This document shows positions 56,125-64,000 of a DNA stretch of 64,000 nt, one piece after another. The position numbers and the translations under genes are program-made. Where the stretch lies: NCBI GenBank assembly GCA_001662655.1, contig KV460215.1, one strand, 5' to 3'. Within the stretch, counting starts at the first letter, position 1. Each line of letters begins with the position of its first letter. A model generated the notes under the pieces. That model was given only the letters and a program-made list of their open reading frames with translations, searched no databases and had not been told where the DNA came from. The DNA comes from Pseudogymnoascus verrucosus (taxonomy: Eukaryota).

Positions 56125-56346
56125 GGTAGTTTGGTATAGCGGAGTTGGGTTGGGTTTGAAGGTGTGAGTTGGACATACTGTGATATCCCCTCTGTTTCCG
56201 TATGTTATAGACATATATATGTATTACAGATCCTTACTTCAATATCGCTATTCCATGTGTGTGACGAGTGCTTTTCATTCATTATTATCCAATCCTGCTC
56301 ACGTGGGGATTCATTATCCATATCGATCTCCCATCGCATAAGACCA

Positions 56347-57450
56347 TTACTCCCCAAAATGAATACACTCCTCCCTCAACCTCGTCAAGCCAGCAAACGC
56401 CTTCTTGGTAAACATCTCCAAATCCGGCTCCCTCTCCTCCTTCCCGTCCCTCCCACCATCATAAGCCTCCACACTCCACCAGCTCCTCGCTCCGGTATCA
56501 AGCACCTTCCTGGCTATCTCAATAACGGGAAAGTACCCCCCTTCAAACGGCAACGGCCTGTAGTTATAGTTCCATACCGACTTCAGCTTCGTGTCCTCAT
56601 TCATCTCCGCGCTCAGCGGCGCCTTAGGTCTCCACGCATCACTAATCTGAAGTAGGTAGACCTTCTCCGCCGGCACCGTCGTAGACATATCATACAGGCT
56701 GTCCCCGAAATTCTTCCCCAGCTCCTCAGGTGAAACCCCACCATGGAGCCCATTAGCCGTTGTAGGGTCGGCGTACTCCGCCGCCGTGATCTGGAAGGTG
56801 TCGAGACACAACCCGCAGTTCGTACGGTCGACGGCTTTGACAACCTGCCAGCCGTCTTTCCATGTCGATGACACCGTTGCCCAGGAGCGCGCCTCGTACG
56901 CTAATTTGAATCCCTCTTCAGCTAACATATCCGACAATCCCTTCAGGTCGCGGACTGCATCCATACGCGACCGACTCAGAGGCGGGATCGGCGCATCATT
57001 ACTCCCGACTTGGAGCATATCCGTCTCAAGGCCCTTCATGATCTTGATCCAACCTCTCGCCTTCTTGAACGCCGCCATCCGCTCGTCGCTGTGCTCGGGC
57101 CAGCCTTCGAAGTTGGAGAAGGCCTGGAGGACTACTATCTTGAGGTTCTGTGCGGCGCAGAGGTTGTGGACCTCGCAGGCTGCTTCGGAGAGGCCGTCGT
57201 AGTCATCTTCTTCGACGTCGCGGAGGAGGTGGATGTTGGCGAAGGAGACGAGGTCGTCGAAGGCGAGCTCGATGCCGGTGAAGCCTGCTTGGGCTATGGC
57301 GTAGAGCTTGGAGTGGAGGGGGGTGCTGGAGTAGCCAACGGAGACCGTTGCGATGGAGAAGGGGATTGAAGAGAGAGATGAGTCTTGGCCTGACATCTTA
57401 CTGTTTGTTTGGGAGGAGATGGGATATAGAGATGTGTCTTGGCCTGTCAT
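56347..57450 (-). CDS. Xylose-isomerase-like TIM barrel, 3-dehydroshikimate dehydratase (Qa-4/QutC)-like
   Basis: SIATVSVG, AGFTGIEL, AYEARSW, VDRTNCGLCLDTFQ, LQISDA, RPLP, SVE; intronless. Confidence 0.75.
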   Translation of the reverse strand: MTGQDTSLYPISSQTNSKMSGQDSSLSSIPFSIATVSVGYSSTPLHSKLYAIAQAGFTGIELAFDDLVSFANIHLLRDVEEDDYDGLSEAACEVHNLCAAQNLKIVVLQAFSNFEGWPEHSDERMAAFKKARGWIKIMKGLETDMLQVGSNDAPIPPLSRSRMDAVRDLKGLSDMLAEEGFKLAYEARSWATVSSTWKDGWQVVKAVDRTNCGLCLDTFQITAAEYADPTTANGLHGGVSPEELGKNFGDSLYDMSTTVPAEKVYLLQISDAWRPKAPLSAEMNEDTKLKSVWNYNYRPLPFEGGYFPVIEIARKVLDTGARSWWSVEAYDGGRDGKEEREPDLEMFTKKAFAGLTRLREECIHFGE

Positions 57451-57860
57451 CTTGCTGTTTGTTTGGGCAGTCCAGAAATGTTGGGGGGCGATAAGTAGGG
57501 CACCATGGGACTATGGGCAAAGGAGGAGGGTTGTGTGAGAATGTCGTCATCTTCATATGTTCACGTGACTTTATATCGTGTGTGGTTGGCACAGTGGCTC
57601 CCTTAGCCCCAAATAAGGCATAATATGATATTGAAAGGCCTTATGATACCTGTGGGTGCGTCTGGATGGTTTTAGGGCCGTCATCGTTTGTGGTTGGGCG
57701 TAGATGTCCCATTGTGGTGTTTTAGCCGTCTCGTAGCACCTGTTGTGTCGCGCTCTACTGTGAGCACTCTTCAGACGCCACATCGGCTCTGATATGTGCT
57801 CCGTGGTATGGGTATACTCTCTCGACCACTGCCTTTCCTTCTTCCCGTTGCAGCCATTCC

Positions 57861-58490
57861 TCAGCTCTTAACAAACTCCGGCTTCTGCTCCAAAGTCTGG
57901 CTGATAAACCCCCTCAGCGCAGCCCACTTATTCGACGTCGCCGCCGCCGCCGCAGCATGCGGCTGTCCCTCCATCACCGGCGCCGTCTCCGTAGTCGCAC
58001 TCAACTGCGCCATATTCTTTCCAAACCTCTCCCTCTCCATCTTCTCCAACTTCTCCCTCCTCTTCGTCGCCCCCGGCCTACTCTTCAAACTCCTATGCTT
58101 AATTTTCGCATCCCCCACAATCCTCTCCCCTCCATTCCCATCATCGTCGAAATCGGGCAGCGCATCCGCCAGACTCTCAAGGGTGGCGACGAGCTTCTTG
58201 CTGGGCCGCCTGCGCTTCAGCGTCTTGGTGTTGGCTTTCTCGATGCGGTTCACGAATGCTGAGTGCTTGATGGTGCGCTTGTCCTTCTTGGTGTTGAGGA
58301 AGTCGTCCGAGACGCCGGCGCCGAAGGAGGAGGAGGGTTGGTAGTTGGCGGGGCGGGTCATCATGCCTGATCCCGCTCGCGAGACCTTTGCGCGGATGGA
58401 ACTGCGTTTTTTGGGAGCGACGGGCGCCTGGGGTTTGTTAGCTTTTGCGCATTGGTTGGTGGGGGTATTGTATAGGTGACTACGAACCAT
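57861..58490 (-). CDS. Ribosome biogenesis protein SLX9-like
   Basis: KKDKRTIKHSAF, KKL...LESLADALP, ERERF..N, WAALR.FISQTL; first coding exon is the ATG alone, then a 60-nt intron 58428-58487. Confidence 0.75.
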   Translation of the reverse strand: MVRSHLYNTPTNQCAKANKPQAPVAPKKRSSIRAKVSRAGSGMMTRPANYQPSSSFGAGVSDDFLNTKKDKRTIKHSAFVNRIEKANTKTLKRRRPSKKLVATLESLADALPDFDDDGNGGERIVGDAKIKHRSLKSRPGATKRREKLEKMERERFGKNMAQLSATTETAPVMEGQPHAAAAAATSNKWAALRGFISQTLEQKPEFVKS

Positions 58491-58937
58491 GATTGCGGTT
58501 GGGTTGGGGTGGAGAGTCTGAAGATGGGAGAGAAGCGCCTTGCTGGTTGTCGTAAAATTTGAAATCTTACAAGGGTCGTTGAATTTACAAGTGGAAAGTT
58601 CGTCAGATCTCGCGAATCGACGCTAATATAGAGTTTGGGGGCTCCATGTGTGGGTCTTAAACTCAACCCCGCATTTCAAGCTTCGCACAGAGGAGAGGAA
58701 TTGCAAAGCTGCACATGTCTTACTGGGAACCGATATTTAATTATAATATTGTATTGAGTTTGGCTCCGATAAGCTTCAAGCTATAAGTCTAGTCTAATCG
58801 TACTTCTTTATAAGCTGTTCCATATAGCGCGTTTGAAAGCCACGTTGTCGATGATATTGTGATACATGTTTTGGGCAAGACATTGAGCAAACCCCCCACG
58901 ACCAAAACAATTTCAGCCCACAAGCAATACCACAGCA

Positions 58938-61900
58938 TTAATTTTTAATCCGGCTCTTCCACGTCCCATCCTCCACACAAAATTTTCTCTCATTCATGAC
59001 CTTCTGCAACTTATGCTGTCTCGTCCGCCACTGCGCTTCAAGGTTGCCAAGATCTTCCCACTCCGAGTTCAGAGCAATGGTGGAATCTCTTGTCTGCTTA
59101 AAACTGCGTGTAACTTTCTGCAGCGTGTTCAAAAACTGCGACTCGAGTTCACGTCTATCGGCGCTCGCCTCACGTTCAAGTTCTTCGACAAGCTTCGTCC
59201 CATTCCTCGCGTATTCGACTACAATATCGTCAATGGCCGTTTGCTTGTCTACCAAATCCTCAACAAGTATCTAGATACAGGTTAGAATAGAGTAAATTCT
59301 AGGTGGATTTCGACTTACTTTGGCGATGGAGAGAATAGTATCAGTCATGCCCTTATAAGGTAGCTGTAAAGTTTTCCTCCACGCTATCAAGGGGGCGAGC
59401 GGCTCTTCCTCCTCACTTGATGCAACTGACGCTTTATCGTCAGCGATATCAGAAGAGCATGCACTGTTGCTGAAACTAATGGACCTTGCACGTCTCCATT
59501 GGTATTGATTTTCCGGCTCCACCAAGGTCTTCTCCGGATCATGAACCGTCACTTCACGCTCGATTACGAAAGAGCGTTTTCGTGGTTGACCATTGGATCC
59601 CTTCAACGGAGGCTGGGGCTGAGGTTCAATCGATATCGTAACCTTTGATCTTGCCGGTCGTTCTCCTTTGAGGCGCTTTGCAAAATTGCTCAACTGCCTT
59701 GGTTGCCTTTCCTCAAAGGGGTTCACGGAATTGACAGTGGAAGCGTGATCTGTCTCTGGGATGACTTCCAACTTCTTTCCAGCCGTGGTTGGCCTAGACA
59801 ATAAATACCGTGGGATGATGGAAGCCTCCTTTTCTCGACCAAAATATTGTGGCTTCCGGTTCGGGGAGGGGCCATCAAAGTTCTGTATCATAGTGGGCTC
59901 ATCGTCGAGAACAAGGCGCATATCATCGTCGGGGTCGTCGAAGGGTCCCTTTTCAGTCGCGATGTCCTTGTTTTGACTGATGTGGGTCATTTTCCATGGA
60001 ATAGAAAGCGTTCTTCTTCTAATTTGCGCCACGTTTGCTGTTTCCTCGACCGTAGGTCTCGCATGTGGGCTCCCATTCTCATCTACACGGGATTGGGAGC
60101 TGCATATAAGGCTGTCTTGCTGCGAAGCAAATGGGGTGCTTGACTTCAACCGGTGAGGTAGCATATTTGGTATATCGTCGTTGCAAGCATCATCATCTAC
60201 AGCCTTACTGACAGGAATGTCCACCGTTTTAAGTCTTTTCGGAGGAGAAGCTTCCATGTGTGGTGTAGGCTCTGGGCCTGGCCGTTTTCTTGATTGACCA
60301 AACGCTGCTGCATTCACGAGCTTTGCCATGTCCGTTTTAGAGCTCGAATTCTCAACAGGCTTCGGCTTCAGCGCGCTAGAGACACCCTTATTCTTGGGAC
60401 CTTTTTTTCCAAAAGCCACAATTGGGGTTTTGCGAGACAAATGATCGTCAACGAGATGGGCAGAGGAATTTCGTAGCTTGGTCGGGACCACTGCTGGGGG
60501 AGCAACTGGATGGGGGAGATGCACCATTGCTGGAGTTGACTGGTCCTCGGGAGATAGGTCACTGGGTGCTTCGAGGAAAGCAGGGATAGAGCTTTCAGTT
60601 TTGGCTGCTGTAGCTAATGTAGTCTTTTCATCTAGTTTTGACATTGCAGCTTGTGCAATTACCGGTGGCTGGTGGGGTTCAATATCTCCAGAATCTTCAC
60701 TTTCTTCATCACTGCTGATGTAAATCATTTCGACTTCTTTCGCGGGTGTGGTTGCAGGCGATTTTCCAGTAGCTACTGGGTTTGTCTTCTGCTCAGGCGG
60801 CTCGGGCAATGACTCCGCCTCAGGCAGTGGAACCACTTTCTCTCTCTCCTTCCCTTTCAAGCTGACTTTTGCTTTGGATTTCGACTGTTTTTGAGGTGCG
60901 CGGGTTGCTTTCTGGGCAGATTTCCCATACACCCGAGCCTTACGTTGTGGTTCAGAAGACTCGACCACATGGCCAAATATATCCGTCATTTTGCTTGCTA
61001 TTGTCGTCGCTGCATTCACTGGTGGCATTGGAGTCAAAGGCGGTTCATCGTCCATGTTCGGCAGTTCATGATCATGAAATGCCTCTTCAAAAAAGCTTTC
61101 ATGTCGCTGTAGAGGATCAAGTATATCCGATTCCATGTGCTGACCTCCATCTGACTCCATGTGTTGACCCCCTGTATCAGAATGGGACATTTCTATGTCA
61201 TTTGGTACAGACTTTCTGACCTTAAGTGCTGCCTTTGGCCTGAGCAGGTGTTTCTTTCTGCCCCTTTTAGGCTTCGTAACGACCGCCGCGGCGAACAGCG
61301 GATTTTCCTTCCCGTCAGCTTGTTCCACTTTTACTAGCTTTGTCGATGACGGTTTATTGGCGCGGTTGCTTGGACCGGGCCTGGTGTCATTCTGATCATC
61401 CGTATCATCAGCGAATTCGTTTGCCGTCTCTTTTACGGGTAAGGCATTTCGCCTAGTAGCCCGGCGAGTACGGTCAGGAACATCTGGCTCGGACTTTCTC
61501 TTCTTAGAAGCTGCTTTGCCGTCTTCCACAGGCTTCTTCAGAGGAAGAGTGGTAGATTTTGGAGAATCGGGTTCTATGTTCCAGCTTTTGTCTTGGTTTT
61601 CACTGTGCTGCTTCGTTGCCTTCTCCGGTGCATCGGCCTTCTTTGAAAGACCTAATGGCTTCTTACTCTTCAATGCTTGTTTCTTTTTTGGCCGTACGGT
61701 GACAGGTGGTATTTTAATTAACTCGTCGGTGGATCCATCGTGTTGCATAGGTAGAAGGGCATCGTCAGCCGGATTGTTGGGAAAGGCTATCAATGGACTC
61801 TGGTGAATGCGTGGGCTAGACGACCCAAACTCATCCGAGGTATTAATGGTCACTCCTGACACATCGTTGACTTCAGTCCTTGTATTCATCTTTGTGGGCG

Positions 61901-64000
61901 CGTGATGAAGAGGTTTGCTTGTCTTTCCTACTCTGCTGATGTCACTTTGTTGTTGTGTTCTGGATGTCGTCAATATTGGCAGCACGCGCTCCGGTAGTCG
62001 AAGTCTACTGTTAGGTGGAGCAGCTGCAATTGAGCTCCTCAAATGGCGGTCATGGGCTACAGGGCTCGCATCATATAGGTTGCCGCCATTGTCAATAGTA
62101 TTCTGGCCCTTCTTCGTAGGCAGCTTTTTGTATTGGATGATAGGGCTGCTATGGGCGGCCATACCTACACCAACAAAAGAATCTGCAAATGATTCTTCGC
62201 GTGGACTCTCGGTATCATGGTTGTTCGCATGGGTATCACTGATACCTTGAGCTTCAATAGCTTTTGCATTGATATCGTAGTTTCTGTTGAGGACAAGTCC
62301 CGTGTCAACTTGAGAGGTTCTCCTGAAGCTGGTTTGCTTGGTAGCTTTTTTATTGGTATCTGTACGATTCCCGTAGGGGATCGAGTCCTCGTCGCTTTGA
62401 GAGTCGTCAAGGAAGCTGATTTTCTTGGTAACTTTTGGGTTGGTATCTTTGCGGTTACCATCGAGGGCCAGTCCCTCGTTGCCTTGAGAGACTTTCATGG
62501 AGCTGTTTCGCTTGATAGCCTTGGCTGTGTTGCCGCCGTTTAAGTTCAATCCATCGTTGCTTTGAGACGCTTTAATGAAGCTAGTTTTCTTGGTAGGTTC
62601 AGAATCATCGGTATGTCCCGACATCGCTTCATTATCGGAAGCCGTGTCTTGCCTTCTAGTCTCACTATTAAGCTTCGCTCCACATTGTTGAACAACTTTG
62701 CCGATACTTGTGGCGAGGGTCGTGTCCCTGAATGTCAATTGCACAACAGAAAGCTCTGACGGGCTTGAGTTCACATAAGCTTGATTCCCCCCAGTGCACT
62801 TGACGTGTAGAATGAGATCGGCGGGAGGCTCAGTCCCTATACTCCTATCAAGTGATGTTGGCTCAACTCGAACATCCGAGATCAGATGGAATGGAATGTC
62901 GATGGCGGTGTCAAAACCCTTCTTTTCTGAATGTACATAGATATATACGCAATCCGCAAGGACCACACTTATGCTCCTGTGGCATATCGAGATAGCCTTG
63001 GTGTTCAGAAACTCCGGAAAAGTGACCATATTTAGTGCAAAATCTATAGTCCCGTTGCTAAACTGATTTAGCAAATTATCACTCCATGATGGGTAGCACA
63101 ACTCACTTCTCCGTGCCAGCTATCTTGTCCCAGATATCATCAAGATAACTTGAGAACCTTTTGTCCCATTGTGAGGCTGAAGGAGCTTGCTCCGGGTATT
63201 GGGCAATGATCTCTTTATCTGTTTCGACGGGAAATAACCATTCTTTTGGAATAATATCAGAGGCGGTAAGGGTCGTCAAAATCCGCCCAGAAAGAGTCCT
63301 CAATATTTCATTTCCTTCATACAAGATCTGGGAGCCAAGTTTTCGGCTAAAACGTTCACGTTAGTGGCGTGAACGAGATGCTCATTTAGCTTTACTAACC
63401 GTTTTTCATCTGGGATGAATCCAATCATTCCTACATTCTCGTCGGAGTGAGAGGTAAGCTCGAGGATCAAGAGGCCGACCTAGAGGCTGTCAGCATTTCT
63501 GTCAGCAATCCTTCCGTGCATGGTATGCAAATTACCCATCGTCTCGTCTTGTATGATTCGCTTTTATCACAGAATGTGACGAAGATTAGTTCCAAACAGT
63601 CCTTGCTGATATCAGACAGTGATTTTTGGATGTCGTCTGCTGCTTCCTGCTTCTTGTTTGCGTTGTGTAGAAATTCCTGGGCACAGTCAGAATGGACGAG
63701 CATATGCAGACGTATCACTTACAGCTAACAAGTACAACCCACGGTCTCTCAACAGGGAGTTCCCTGCGTGAATGAGGATCCGAACTATGGCGACGAACGC
63801 ACTTGGGTGAAGTTCGCTGCAAGCTTCCGGGAATGCACCTATGGCGGATACAGTTCTCTCCACTATGTCAGTGGCCACCTTTTGATCAGTTTGCCCGAGC
63901 CGTGCCAGAGTAGCTTTCATCTTCTTGATGATGCTCTCGGAAAGTCTACTCAAGTTAAGGATAGCACTTGGAGTTGAATTCGCGGTCTTACCGTAGAAAC
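58938..64000 (-). CDS. Large multi-exon protein, 5'-partial; possible Red1/Rec10/SYCP2-like meiotic axis protein
   Basis: Helical N-terminal exons, a beta-rich segment ending in a helix (62700-63050), about 1100 aa low-complexity basic region, and a short C-terminal coiled-coil exon 58938-59270. A splice donor near 63991 shows the gene runs off the window. Confidence 0.6.

Overview
Eukaryotic, intron-rich fungal DNA (GT-AG introns with CTRAC/CTAAY branch sites). It looks like a filamentous ascomycete; Leotiomycete/Pseudogymnoascus-like is my impression only. Most of the window is a dense housekeeping block: PI4-kinase STT4, proteasome subunits PRE7, RPT4 and PRE4, a C2-domain protein, a BAR-PH-ArfGAP, a PTS1-like thioesterase, GFA1, enolase, eIF3j, SAP30BP/HCNGP-like, a Chk2-type kinase, MDM31, PNO1, a NEDD8 protease, a CDF transporter, a DHS-dehydratase-like TIM barrel, SLX9-like, and a large partial gene with Red1/Rec10/SYCP2-like architecture. 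An intron-containing tRNA-Asn(GTT) at 12.0 kb borders a visibly AT-richer accessory segment (about 12.2-20.7 kb). That segment holds a divergent cytochrome b561 / GPI-anchored cupredoxin gene pair, a GH79 glycosidase, and RIP-like degenerate repeats. The best candidate for an undescribed system is the b561 + blue-copper pair, which shares a promoter carrying a duplicated palindrome. Other leads are a highly structured eIF3j intron, a motif array upstream of GFA1, a dispersed 36-bp repeat family, and an in-frame post-stop duplication behind a PTS1. Exon boundaries and family assignments were made by eye, with no database search.
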